NCBI RefSeq assembly: GCF_036321535.1
Contig: NC_087437.1
Span: 46,998,001 to 47,062,000 of the forward strand
Direction: 5' to 3'
DNA length: 64,000 bases
Source: Camelus dromedarius
Lineage: Eukaryota
The notes under the pieces were generated by a model. That model worked only from the letters and a program-made list of their open reading frames with translations, searched no databases and was not told the origin of the DNA. Positions within the stretch are counted from its first letter, which is position 1; each line of letters begins with the position of its first letter. Made by a program: the position numbers and the translations under genes. Shown in pieces: positions 12,235 to 25,569 of this stretch.

Positions 12235-15200
12235 ATAGCAATAAGTACATATCTATAAATAATTACTTTAAATATAAATGTACTAAATGCTCCAATCAAA
12301 AGACATAGAGTAGCTGAACGGATACAAAAACAAGACCCATATATGCTGCCTACAAGAACTTCAGAACTAAAACATGCAAACTTAAAGTAAGAGGATAAAG
12401 AAAGGTATTTTGCATAAATGGAAATAAAAAGAAAGCTGGGTTAGCGATTCTTATGTCAGACAAAATAGACTTTAAAAAAGACTGTAACAAGAGTCAAAGG
12501 ACATTACATAATGATAAAGGTATCACTCCAACAAGAATATATAACAATTGTAAATATATATGCACTCAAAAGGAACACCTAAGTACATAATGCAAATATT
12601 ACCTTTTTTTTTTTTTTGTATTGACAGTAGCAAATAAGAGTAGGGGACTTTAACACCCTACTTACATCAATTCACATCCATATATAGAGAGAGAACATCC
12701 CATTCAAAAGCAGCAGAATACACATTCTTTTCAAGTGAACGTGGAATATTCTTCAAAATAGATCACATGTTAGGAAGAGTCTCAAATATTTTAAAAAGAT
12801 TGAAATCATATCATGGATCTTTTTCCAGCCATAACAGTATCAGACTAGAAATCAACTACAAGATTAAAAATTGCAAAAAAACACAAACATGTGGAGGCTA
12901 AACTATATGCTATTAAACAACCAATCAGTCACTGAAGAAATCGTAGAGGAAATGAAAAATACCCGGAAACAAGTGAAAACAAAACCAAAATGGTCCAAAA
13001 TCTACAGGACATAGCAAAATCAGTTATAAGAGGGAAATTTATAGTGATACCAGTGTACGTAAGGAAACAAGAACAATCTCAGATAAACAACCTCACTTTA
13101 CACCTTAAGGAACTAGAAAAAGAAAATCAAACAAAACCCAAAGTTAGTGGGAGGAAAGAGATAGTAAAGATCAGAAAAGAAATAAACGAAATAGGGACTT
13201 AAAAAACAAGAGAAAAGATTGATGAAATTGAGATCTGGTCCTTTCAAAAGATAAACAAAACTGATAAACTTTTAGGCAGCCTCATCAAGGAAACAAAAAC
13301 AAAGAAAGAGCCCAAATCAATAAAATCAGAAATAAAAGAGGGTAAGTTACAACCAACACCACAGAAATACAGAGGGTCATAAGGGGTTACTACAAACAAT
13401 TACAAGCCAGTAAAATGGACAACCTAGAAGAAATGAATGAATTCCTAGAAAAGTGCAAACTCCCAAGACTGGATATGGAAGAACAGACCAGTTACTAGTA
13501 ACGAAATTGGATCAGTAAAGAAAAAATTTCCCCAGTATAAAAGTCCAGGATCAGATGGATTCATGGGGGAATTTTATCAAACATTTAGAGAAGAGTTAAA
13601 ACCTATCCTTTTCAAACTATTCCCAAACTGTTCTCACACTAATTAATTGAAGAGAAAGGAACACTTCTGAAGTCATTCTATGAGTCTAGCATCACCCTGA
13701 TATCAAAACCAGAAAAAGACACCACAAAAAAAAAAAATTACAGATCAATATCACTGATGCACACAGATGCAAAAATCCTCAACAAAATAGTAGCAAACAT
13801 AATTCAACAATATATTTTTTAAAAATCATATACCATGATTAAGTGGGATTTATCCCAAGCATGCAAGAATGGTTCAATACCTGCAAATCAATCAATGTGA
13901 TATACCACATTAACCAAATGAAGAATAAATATCATATGATCATCTCAAAAGGTGCAGAAAAAAGCTTCTGAGAAAAGCCAACATTCATTTATGACAAAAA
14001 CTCTTAATAAAGTGGGTATAAAGGGAAGATACCTCAACATCATAAAAGCCATCTATGGCAAGCCCATAGCTAAAAATCATACTCAATGCTGAAAAGCTGA
14101 AATCATTTCCTGTAAGGTCACGAACAAGACAAGGATATCCATTCTCGCCACTTTTATTCAATTCAATAGTACTGGAAGTCCTGGTCGCAGCAATCAGAAG
14201 AAAAAGAAATAAAAGGAATTCAAATTGGAAAGGAAGAAGTAAAAGTGTCATTGTTTGCAGATAACATGACACCATACAGAGAAAATCTTAAAGATGCTAT
14301 CAAAAACTATTGAACTAGTAAATGAACTCAGCAATATTGCAGGGTACAAAATTAATATACAGAAGTCCATTGAATTTCTTTAGCACTAACAACAAACTAG
14401 CAAAAAGAGAAATTAAGTAAACAGTTTCATTTACAACTGCACCATAAAGCATAAAATATCTAGGAATAAACCTAATGAAGAAGAATCCAGTGTAAAAGAC
14501 CTGTACGCTGAAAACTACAAGACACTGATGTGATGAAAAAAAAATGAAGATGACACAAACAGATGGAAAGATATACCATGCTCATGAATTGGAATAATTA
14601 ATATTGTTAAAATATCCCATGTTATCCAAGGCAATCTACAGATTCAATGCGCTCTCTAATCAGTATACCTATGACATTTTCACAGAACTAGAACATGTAA
14701 CTCTAAAATGTGTATGAAAACACAAAAGACCCTGAATAGCCAAAACAATCTTAAGAAAGAAGAACAAAGCTGGAGGTATCACACTCCCTGATTTCAAACT
14801 ATAGTATAAAACTACAGTAATCAAAACAGTATGATACTGGTGCAAAAACACACACATAGATCAATGGAACAGTAAAGACAGCCCAGAAATAAACCTGTAC
14901 TTATATGGTCAATCAGTCTTTGGCAAAAGAGACAAGAATACACAATGGGCAAAAGATAGCTCCTTTAAAAATGATGTTGGGAAAACTGGATAGCTGCATA
15001 CCAAAGAATTAAACTGGACTACTTTCTAAAACCATATACAAAAATAAACTCAAAAGAATTAAAGATTTAAATGCAAGAAGATATTTGCAAACAATACATC
15101 TGACAAGAGGTTAATATCCAGAATATACAAAGAACTCGTACATCAAAAAAAAAAAAAGATTAAAAATGGGCAGCAGACCTGAATAGACATTTTTTCAAAG

Positions 15201-15785
15201 AAGACATACAGATGGCCAACAAACACATGAAAAGATACTCAGCACCATTAATTATCAGAGAAATGCAAATCAAAACCACAGTGAGATATCACCTCACATC
15301 TGTCAGAATGGCTATTATCAAAAGGACAAAAAATAACAATTTGTCAACAAGGATGTGGACAAAAGAGAACTCCTGTGCACTGTTAGTGGGAATACAAGTT
15401 GGTGCAGCCATAGTGGGAAACGGTATGGAGGTTCCTCAAAACATTAAAAATTGAACCATCACCACAGTTCCTCTGGTGGGTTTTTCCCAAATAAAACAAA
15501 AATACTAATTTGAAAAGATATATGAACCCCTAAGTTCATTGTAGTATTGTTCACAATAGCCAAAATATACAAACATAATATAAGTGCCATCAATAGATGA
15601 ATGGATAAAGAATATGTGACATATATACACAATGGAATATTATTCTGCCATTAAAAATATAAAGTCTTGCCACTTGCAAAAATGTGGATGGACCTAGAAG
15701 GTATCATGCTAAGTGAGAGAAGTCAGACAGAGAAAGACAAGTACTGTATGACTAGACTTAATATGTGGACTCTATAAACTAAAAC
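12235..15785 (+). pseudogene. L1 ORF2 (endonuclease/reverse transcriptase), disrupted
   Basis: Peptides QNLQDIAKSVIRGKFI and [31 protein letters not shown] catalytic motif reads LFADNM (ttgtttgcagataacatg, 14251-14268) instead of FADD; many stops and frameshifts; apparent internal deletions near 12680 and 15078. Confidence 0.92.
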
Positions 15786-16449
15786 AAATGAAGAAACATA
15801 ACAAAACAGAAACAACATCATAGATACAGAGAACAAGCAAGTGTTTGCCAGAGGGGTGTAGGGTGTGAGTGAAATAGTGAGAAAGATTAAGAAGTATAAA
15901 CTTCCAGTTACAAAATAAAGAGTCACAGTGATGAAATGTTCAAAGTGGGGAATATAGTCAATAATAATGCAATATTTTTGTATGGTGACAGATGATGAGT
16001 AGACTTACAGTGATCACTTTGAAATGTACAGAAATATCATATCACATTTTTGCACCTGGAACATAATGTTGTAGGTCAATTATACCTCAAAAAAATTAAA
16101 TAAGTAAAATTTTAAATGAGCGGTTGGATTAGAGAGTGAAATGTTCCCAGACTTTAGAGCCCATGAGCCCATAAATCATAACTTCTGTACTTTAAACTCT
16201 TAGCTATATGGAGAATTTAAAAGAAACCCTGAAACATATTTACTATCCCTCAATTATAATGCCAAATTTCTTTTATTTCCTTTTAAATGACCATCCAATC
16301 TTATGTTATTTTCTACTATGGGGATACATTTAAATTATAAATTAAGCCCTAATATCTCACTGTCAACACAAACTTTTGTGACTATTTTAAACATGTAAGT
16401 TTAAAAAATAAGAAAAGCTCTTTCAAAACCTGTGTTATACCTATACACA

Positions 16450-16665
16450 TAAGCCCTGGCACCTTCCTTTGAGAAACTACACAATGTTGCCATCACTCAA
16501 ATAATTTCTGAAACTCCTTTTTAGGAATTGCCTTCAAGAGCCTGTAGCAGATTCTTCTGAATAGCTTCAGTGGTAGTAAATTCTAATTCTCTGAGGTACG
16601 TGTTTTGAAATAGCCAGAAGTCATTCAAAGTAACTTCTGAGAAATAAGATTAGGATATCAGGTTA
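16450..16665. mobile_element. MARNA-like mariner fossil
   Basis: ttgccatcactcaaataatttctgaaactcctttttaggaattgccttcaagagcctg...agccagaagtcattc matches recalled MARNA. Confidence 0.65.
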
Positions 16666-17024
16666 GTATATCATAACCTATTTTCTTAGTCCTAAATTTC
16701 ATTTCTTTCTCCTATAAAGAGTTCCAAATAATTCTCCTCCTACAGCTATACTTTTGCCTTCTCCAAGGATAAATAACCTTGTCTTTCTATACAATATTTC
16801 CAAATGTTTTGTTAATATTCCACTTCAGAATTGCTTAAACTTTTTTCCATGGAGAAGACATATCTAAATCACCCAAAAGTAGATCCTGGGAATCTCTATT
16901 TTGAAAAACCTGCCTCCAGTCATTATGATGTCTGGCCAAGTGAAGCAATCTCTGCTCTGCCATCTTATTCGAGCTCATATTTTTGTCCTCATCCTGGCAC
17001 TTTCATGACCACATGTTCCCATAG

Positions 17025-17245
17025 GGGAAAAGCACAGAATTTCAAATCCTGAATATATAGATTTAAATCCCAGACAGACTATTAACTAGCCATTTTTAGG
17101 AAAGTGACAATATTTTTGAGGTTCTTCTCGACAGAGATACATTAATGGTTAATCTGGAAGACTGTTGAAAGAGTTAAATCAGATCATGTATGTAAAGCAC
17201 CTAGTATAGTCACTAGCATGTATGAGTTTAATTAAAAAAAAAGCA
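17025..17245 (+). mobile_element. MIR SINE (degenerate)
   Basis: gttgaaagagttaaatcagatcatgtatgtaaagcacctagtatagt is a MIR 3' part. Confidence 0.6.
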
Positions 17246-18029
17246 ATTATTGTCAATTTCTCTTCACTAGTCACCTCTACACAGGTACAACATAACTCTC
17301 TAATAATTTATTAAATCAAAACTGAACTGGGGGAACCACCATATTCATAGAGAACCTCAAGCTTTTCTTATTCTCAACACTGACCACCATCCAAGTGAGC
17401 TCAGTCGCTTGAAAATGGTGAAATAGTATTGAGATATATGAGAATATGTGTGCTTAGAAGGACAAAAAAAAAAAATCTTCAGCATATGAGTAGTTTATTG
17501 TACTTTGTAAAAAGAATAAAAAGTAAATTAAAGGATTAAAAGAATAGATAACTTCACAATATCATGTTAATATTATTTTTCCTAAATAAGACCTTTGAGC
17601 TCTAAAGGCATCCATCCCTCTTTATAGGGAAGGGTGCAGTGAATGCTGTGCAATAAATTTTGGACTTCCCCTCCTTTAATATTAGGGAAGACAAATTTTT
17701 GTAAAGGAAGTTTACCCCTTAAGTTTGTGACTCTCCTCAAATAAATATTGAGAGTACAAGAGTTCAGAAGTTTCTAAAATGGGCCTGCCTTTAAAAACTT
17801 TAGCTGACTCAAAACAAACTTTATGTTCACCCTGCCACCATTCTGAAAGTAAGAAAAATCAGAATGTATATGCTTGGTCATCATTCTTGCCATAGCTTTC
17901 TCACTGAACATCTACAATCTTATTTCTTATAGGATTGCTCCTCTCAGGGCTTCTAGTTAACTTCCAACCTGGAACATAGACAGTGTTCAATAAATATCTA
18001 TTGAATCTATGAATGAGTGACTGGGTGTT

Positions 18030-18540
18030 ATGGCAACATAAGGGATAGATATTTAACACAAGCTGTAAAAGAGAAAGAAAAGCTTTGGGTAGAGATTAAA
18101 TTGGATTGAATCGTGAGTGACGAATGGAAGTTTACTGGTGGTAGATGTGGGATGTATGGGAAAATAGCCAGGCACAGAGAACTACATGAGTTAAAAAACA
18201 AAGAGGAAGAAGAGTGTCTTCAGTGTGAGGACCTGATAGCTGCTTTTCAAAGCACTAGTTAGAGATAAGCCTGAAGAGTAGGCAGGATCCAGGTAATAAT
18301 TGACTTTGATGTCACGTTAAAAAGTTTAAACTTGAGCCTGGAGGTGATGAATAGTCACTTAATACGGAAGAAAATTTTTACAAAATGAAATAACTTACAT
18401 TATTTAATGAAATCAAATACATATTTTGAGAGTTTTTTTGCTTTGTTTTGTTTTTTTATGGGTCACTGTGGTAGGTATGTATAGAATGGGTTTGAGGAGG
18501 ACAGGGATTGAAACTTGAGTCCAGGAGACCAAACTGCTGG
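18030..18540 (-). mobile_element. L2 fragment
   Basis: Purine-rich L2 antisense pattern (gtaggcaggatccag...gtcacgttaaaaagtttaaacttgagcctg). Confidence 0.55.
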
Positions 18541-18629
18541 ATGTTCAACATATACTTGTTGAAATAATGATGGTGAAAATGAAGACAATAGCGATGTTAA
18601 TAATTACAGGCATAACTATGACAATGATG

Positions 18630-18790
18630 ATGATGACTGTATACTTAACATCTGTCAAAGGCTTACTGTACGTCAAATCCTTTACTGAGCACTTGTTGCC
18701 TCATTTAATTATCATAACAGACCTATGAGCAAGGTATTTATATCATTTCATTTTACAGATAAAGAAAATGGACACTTGAAGAGGTTTAAA
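18630..18790 (-). mobile_element. MIR SINE
   Basis: cctcatttaattatcataacagacctatgag...cattttacagataaagaaa. Confidence 0.75.
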
Positions 18791-18799
18791 AAAGTATGT

Positions 18800-19125
18800 C
18801 TCATCATCCAAAACATATAACCCCCATCTAAAAAGAGAAAACATCAGAAAACGCAAATTGGGGATAATTCTCCAAAGTACTTAACCAATACTCTTCAAAA
18901 CTGTCACAGTCATAAAAGGTAAGGAAGGATGGAAGAACTGTTTGCTTTAATAACTGTATCATGGTTAAGTAAGATGTCAACATTAGGAAAAACTGGGTGA
19001 GGTTTATATAGAAACTCTCCTCTCTTTGCAAATCTGGGAAACAGAAGCATGATCTAAAAGTGAAAATACAGTCCAGTGCACTTTCCTCTCCTTGCAAAAT
19101 ATTTCAAAATAAAAAATTTAAACTT
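18800..19125 (+). mobile_element. Old L1MC/ME-type 3' end carrying a 54-bp foreign insert
   Basis: ccaatactcttcaaaactgtcacagtcataaaagg...aactgggtgaggtttatatagaaactctc...atatttcaaaataaaaaattt. Confidence 0.7.
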
Positions 19126-19164
19126 TTATGTGCCTATAAAATATTACAAGCAAAATATAGGATA

Positions 19165-20275
19165 AGCCTGAAGTATTATGTAGTGCTAGAAAGTAAGGTA
19201 GCGTAGAAAAAACAAACAAACAAACAAAAAAAGCACCCAATCTGAAAGAACTCCCAATGGCCACAATTTGAGCAACATGATAAATAACAAAAATGTTAGA
19301 TTCAAGCCAAGTAAAATAAAATAAATATCTATGTGTATAAATAAAGAAATGATTGTGTTGATAACTAAATGGGATTTAAAAGACAAATCTTCCTTACAGA
19401 AGAATTTCAAATAATAAATGTAGAAGAAATGGAGAAAATGGAAAACATGATTAGAATACCACACGATAATTGTTGCAGGCAAGATCCACTGGCAAGTGTT
19501 AAAATTAGTGGGTAGAACTCCAAGGAGAAATAGGATATTTTCATACCTGCAAAGTATCTCCACAAACATATTTTTTAAATTACTATGGTGGTTTTAACAT
19601 ACGGTTTTATACTTTCCCTCCAAGAGGTGGAATATAATTCTCCTTCCTTTGAGTGTGGATTGTACTTACTCACTTTTACCATATAGAATATGGAAGGGGG
19701 AAAGGAAATAATTTTATAGTGGAGAAACCTGGCAGAAAATACCTAAACCAAGTGATCAAAGGTAGTATCGCCAGTTATAAGTCATGTTGATATCATACAT
19801 GTCCTATATGATGCAATGAGAAAGCACTTCTATGGTATTTTTTCCAAAAATCTATAACCCAGTACAATCATGAGAGAGCATCAGACAAACCCAAATCAAG
19901 GGGCACTCTACAAAACACCTGACCAATACTCTTCAAAAGCTGCAAGGTCATGGAAAAAAGAAAAGACTGAGAAACAGCTACAGATTGATTGGAAGAGACT
20001 AAGGAGACAGGATAACCAACTGCAATGTTGTGTTCTGGATTGGATTTTGGTCCAGAAAAAATAGTATTAGTGGGAAAACTGTCAAACACTGAAAAAAGTC
20101 TATAGTCTGTTAATAATGTTGTACCAATGTTAAGTTCCTAGTTTCATTGAATATACCACTGTAATGTAAAACGCTGACATATGAGAGGCTAAGTGAAAAG
20201 TAGATGGGAACTTTCTGCACTATCTTCACAATTCTTCTGTAAATCTAAATTTGTTTCAAAATTAAAAAATAATTT
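19165..20275 (+). mobile_element. Old L1MC-type 3' UTR
   Basis: tagtggagaaacctggcagaaaatacctaaaccaagtgatcaaagg...gggaactttctgcactatcttcacaattcttctgtaaatctaaa. Confidence 0.75.
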
Positions 20276-20409
20276 TAAGTACCCCAGTCAAAAGACATTA
20301 ATAAAGTGTTCACAGAAAATGAAAGAAAAAGGTAAATGGTCCCATAAGAAGACAGGATTAATATCACTCACAGTGAGAGAAAATCAAATTTAAATTACCC
20401 TGAGATATC

Positions 20410-20624
20410 ATTACCCTTGAGCAACAGAGGTTCAAACTGGGCAAGTCCACTTACATGTGGATTTTTTTTTTCAGTAAATACATACAACAAAGCACAATTG
20501 GTGGTCGGTTAAATCCATGGATGCAGAATCACCAATATAGAGTGTCAACTAGGGACAAGGCAATTTTGGTATCTGTGGTGGGTCCTGGAACTGATGCCCC
20601 TGTGGATACCAAGGGTCAACTGTA
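20410..20624. mobile_element. Tigger-derived MITE (MER8/MER2-like)
   Basis: acccttgagcaacagaggttcaaactg...gtccacttacatgtggattttttt and terminal gggtcctggaac...gtggataccaagggtcaactgta ending in TA. Confidence 0.7.
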
Positions 20625-20629
20625 GTTTA

Positions 20630-21350
20630 CCTATGGAAACTCACACAAATGATCAAATTTAGTATCCTTAATAGTGGTGCCAGTGGTACATAGCATGCTT
20701 TCTTATATTATACAATATGAAGAAGACCATACCTTTGAAATGTTTTGCCAAAGTATTAAATCTGAATTTAATCAAGGCTCTAAATTTAACATCCAATTTA
20801 TTAAAGATGCGGGAAACAGAGGAACTAGTTAATGACACATTGAAGAAAAAATCAGCAAATACAGTATTGGGACAGTATAAGGAACAACTGGTAGGACTCA
20901 AAACCTCAGTGTAATGAGGGGAAAATGGGAGGTGATGGTTCTAGCTCAAAAGATTCTAAAGAGACAGATCAAGTCAATGCAGTGTGAACTTTATTTGAAT
21001 CCTAGTTTGAAAAAATAGCTTAAAAAGATATTTTGGTACAATTTGGGTAAATGCATGTAAAGACTAAACATTAAATACTACCAGTTAGTGTTATTTTTCT
21101 GATGTTAGATAATGGCATTATGGTTGAGGTGACTGTAATTATTTCGGGGAGGTTCATGCTAAAATATTTAGTGGTAAAGTCTACTGATGCCTGCAATTTA
21201 ATACAAAATAGTTAAGCAAAAGAAACAGAGAGAGAGAAAGAGAAAGAAATAAAACATTGGCAAAATGTTAACTTTTATGAATCCAGGTGTGGATATTTGG
21301 ATATTTTTGTACCATTTTTTCAAAATTCTTAAAATAAAATGTTGGGGAAA
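20630..21350 (+). mobile_element. Old L1ME-type 3' UTR
   Basis: ttaaatctgaatttaatcaaggctctaaatttaac...gataatggcattatggtt...ggcaaaatgttaac. Confidence 0.65.
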
Positions 21351-21377
21351 AATACACTAAACCCAACCCTAATATAT

Positions 21378-21945
21378 ACAGGGAGTGGGCAAGAACAAAA
21401 ATGAAGGCCTCTACTCATATACCTAAAATTTTTTAAGATTTAAATCAATCTATCAAAATGTTGAACAAAATATAGCCAATCATCCTACCTTAACAAGTGA
21501 CTATATATTTTCAAGGCCGAGTTTGTATTTAAAACTCTTTGGCTCCCTGGAGTTGTGCACCTGTAAGGTGCAGGTAGAGTAGCCTTCTGCCCCTGACCTC
21601 CAGCTCCCTGGCTCACCCTCTTCTCTTCCCATCTCAGGATTCCATGGGAAGGAGCCTCCCACGAATATGCAGTAATACTCTAGCCCAGTCCAAGTTGCCT
21701 CCACATCTCCCACAAACAGCCACTCCTGGCCACCTTCTCAGGCCCACTGAGTGGTCCTGGGAAAAGGTCCATGTGAGTTATGGAAGCAAGCTTGGGGACA
21801 TGTAGAAAGGCACTTAGGGGTCCTGGGAAACAGAAGCATGATCTAAAAGTGAAGATACAGGCCAGTGCACTTTCCTTTGGCCTTATGAAGTCATCATTAA
21901 GGAGTGACATTCTTTTTTTATGCCAGGGTCTAAGGGAAGTGGTCT
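21378..21945. mobile_element. Ancient hAT (Tip100-like) DNA transposon fossil, family uncertain
   Basis: gggcaagaacaaaaatgaaggcc...catcctaccttaacaa and terminal gccagggtctaaggg resemble recalled hAT-Tip100 elements. Confidence 0.4.
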
Positions 21946-23142
21946 GCCCAGTTTCCAACAGCCAGCAAGCAGCAGGGCAACAGTCTAGAACTGAGATCCC
22001 CAAACTTGTAGGAGGCCAAGGGACCTAACATGGAAATGACCGAGGGAAGTACCATTCACTTTATGAACATATGCCCACTTCTGCAACTCTTAAATCTCTA
22101 GGGGTCACCATGTTTTGGGATAAAGCACAGAGTAGCATCCACTAACCAGATTAACGGATTCCCTCCTACCTGTCCACTTCCCATGCCCACAAGTCTGGAT
22201 ATGACTTTCACATTCAAACACTCCTCTACCTTCTACTAACAAGAAAATCCAAAGCTCCCATGCATGTCAAAGGATGCACATGGACCAGTATATTTACTAA
22301 TGAAGAAAACTACATCACTTAATGGTCTATGAGGGAGGGGGCAGATAGAACAAATGTAATTCAGAATCTAGAAAAAAAACTTAATGAATACACTATTTTG
22401 ATGATTTTTTTCATTTATTTCCAGGCATATCATGTTACATTAACAAAGCATTTTTCAGAATCTTCCTGTCTAAAACAACATGCACAGGAATAAATCCACA
22501 ATAAAGATACCTTTTTCTCTTTAGAAGCTAAAACATTGATTTTTCATCTCACTGTACATGGATATAGACATCAAAGATACCAATCATTTCAAATCAGTGA
22601 AACTGGTTCATGTTCTTCTCACTGGGTAACCTCTTCTCAGAACCACGTACTTTGCCTGTATGATCTTTCTCCAGCCTTTTCAGCCAGCTACTGCTATAAA
22701 AGTTGGCTTTTAAAACAGCAAGTCAGTTTTATAACTTGAGTTGAAAACCAAACTAAACCATTTCCAACAGTTGCTAAAACAAACAGCAGGTTACATTTTT
22801 ATGTCCCTTATATTACTCTAAATAATTCAGGGATGTCAACAAGCTATTATCTTTGCACACTGTATGCTGTGTTAGTGTACAAGTGCATGATGTGCCTTAT
22901 TTATGTGGGCAAAAAAAAAAAAAACTGGTTTCAGTACATCTCTTGGCTTAAGTAAGCATTTCAACATCTAACAAGCACGTCTGTCTGTGAGCTCTTTCTG
23001 CTAACACAGGTTGGAAATCAGGGGAAAGGTCCAGAGGAGCCCTCCCTCTGCTCTCTCCGTTGCCATTAGCACAGGTCTTCAGGGCACATCTTTTCTCCTG
23101 GGTTTCTATGTTTGTCTTACTCACTGCTTTCCTGTTCTTCAG

Positions 23143-23245
23143 CTTAAGCTGTTTTTATGAATAAGCCAGAAAATGCTCAGCCCAGGAGCTTCCCTACTAC
23201 CTGAAAAATGGGCTTTAACTTTGAACAGCACACAGATACAACAAG
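23143..23245 (+). other. Candidate spliced exon (103 nt), non-coding or start-codon-containing
   Basis: Acceptor tactcactgctttcctgttcttcag with branch-like ctcac; consensus donor AAG/GTAAGT; stops in all frames at the 5' end, with ATGs at 23173 and 23208 open to the donor. Confidence 0.35.
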
Positions 23246-25569
23246 GTAAGTAATTTTTTTAAAAAATGATTAGTAGAATGATTTTTAAAAGAAGTAGCAT
23301 TACTAAAAGATATTCTACTGGGATAATTTTTCCCACTTCCTAATAGGGAAGTATGATTTAACTGCAGTAACAAAAGAAAGAAAAAAATAATGTGTGAGCA
23401 TTTGGTGAAGTTTACAAAAGTGTCCCCCCCCCCCTTTATGTATATAAAAAGGTAAAAAGTATAAGAAAACTTAAAGATAGTCAAATTTGTTAATTATTTA
23501 AACCTCAAACTTACAAGTAAATCTGTGAACCTTTTACTCACTGTTATATCATGTAAAATTGCATTTGGTGAGAAAAGTTGAATTTTTATCTAAGGTCTTG
23601 CTTGTGTATCCTGTTTAATGTCAGCAACAATCAGGTGCTAGAACCAAAAATGAACCCATATTGTTATGGAATTGGCTACCAATTCTAGCGGAACTGTTTA
23701 AGCATTTAAATGAAAATTAAATTTCAGTAGGTTTACTTGAGCAATCTTTCTTTAAAATTATTGTCCTCGGGTTATCTTGAATAATATTTGAAACAATATT
23801 GAGAAGTTAAGGAAATAAGTGTACTTGATTACAACTCACCATGAAAATTTAGGTAAATAAGCCCCAAACCAAAATTATGTCTTTCTTTCAAGTCTCACAA
23901 CAACATGAACTTAAAGTGAGGGCCTGCCTTGGACATACGAAAAGACTTTTATTCAAATTTTCCAGGGTGACGGAGAAGAGCACCCCTGTTATTAACCTCC
24001 CTCAGCTGGTGAACAAATAGAATGGCCATTGTGGAAGAGCAAATGTTAGATAAAAATGTATATTTATGAAATGTATGTGCATATTGAAAATGAAAATGTA
24101 TACTTAAGAACTGTCTCCAATCTCCTAATAATTCATATCTAATACACTGCTGACAATATTTGTACAAGTTTATTTATGACATGATGTGATGCCAATGGGT
24201 CATAATGCTAGATTTCAATATTTATAATGTTATAATTTGGGTCTCCTCCTTTATACAATGTTAGAAGCCACCCCTCCTTTATAACTCGTATAGAAAGCAA
24301 TTTCCTGACATATGGATCCCCTGGGCTCTCTTAAAACAATATGCTACACAGTAAACCTAGGAAATAATCTATTGAATTTTTACAAATATTTTCCTTTTCT
24401 GCATCTAGATGCTGTTTTTTTTTATAACTTAGAAATGTTTCGTATAAACATACCTTTTATAATATTTTTAAAGCACTAAATGAGCTTTTTCAATCTGTTT
24501 CTTAACTCTAATAAGAAATCTGTTAAAGAAATCATTTATAAATTTAAATCCCCAAATTGGCAACTGGTAAAGAATAAGTCCATTCTAGTGGATTTTTGCT
24601 AGTTATCGCCCATAATGAATCTTGAGATATATAACTGTATAGAGATAAAAGTCATATATTCTCAAATGCCTTCCAAGTATTTTGCAAAGTGTAACAATAA
24701 TATTCTACTTCAGTTTTATCTTATGAGTTCTTTCCTGAAAAACTAAAAATATTGCCCAATGCTAACACTTAAAAATATTACTAAATTCACATTTTTTCAA
24801 TGACAGTCTGGTTATTAAACTGGACATTTAATCCAAAAAATCCAAATCTAGACAAACTGAATTTTCCCTAGATTGAATTTCTCTAAACTGCAAACTGAGT
24901 CAGCTTTGAATAGTTAATTTATTTTTAAGCATGCACACTACTTCTGCTATAAGTTCTGCCAGTTTTTTTCATCTGTGTTTTTTGTTTGTTGTCAGTAAGT
25001 GAAACAAAAAGAGTCATAGCTTAAGCTTTCTTTGTGTACTAAAAAAAGAAGAAAGAGGGTACATCATGATGTCAGTGTGGTAATCATTGGTGAAAATGTT
25101 ATCAGGAAAGAGCAGTCACCTGTATTTATTCAAGGAAACCTGATCCTAGGAAGCAATATCAAATATTTTATAGACCTGAAATCCCAATTAAGGATTAAAA
25201 AATCAATATACATTCTACCCAGCATGTTTGTTGTAAAACACTGCGTATATTGTGGACCATACACAATCGCTTCCTCTCGCCTGCAGTGCTTGTTTCAAAC
25301 ATGTGTACATTTCTCTCTGAGCAGTAAATAATAGAATCATTACTATCATAATAATCAGCTTAGGATTTGCTGCATGTAACCTGAAATATTTAGTAGTAGC
25401 GTGTTCCACTAGAAGTTATAACTGTACCTTAGAAGAGTGCATTCTTCTCTCAAAAATTTGTTTTTAATATCAGAGCATGCAGGACACTAATGTGTGACTG
25501 CATGTATATATGACTTCTTAATCATGAAAATTAGTATGTACATGAAGGATCAAAAGAAACCTTCTAATA

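Larger units (their letters stand above)
9846..16113 (+). mobile_element. Full-length, inactivated LINE-1 (laurasiatherian type, about 6.3 kb)
   Basis: 5' end ggccaacatggcagagcaggaagaccctgagctcacctcc, ~1-kb 5' UTR, ORF1, ~450-bp spacer, ORF2, 3' UTR and A-rich tail; TSD aaatgggcagttgg 9832-9845 vs aaatgagcggttgg 16114-16127 (12/14). Confidence 0.95.

Noticed and set aside
18828..22003. Two ORFs sharing ESALxCIFTFRSCFCFP, suggesting paralogous peptides
   Set aside because: Fully explained by the 54-bp DNA duplication; the flanks are unrelated repeat sequence.
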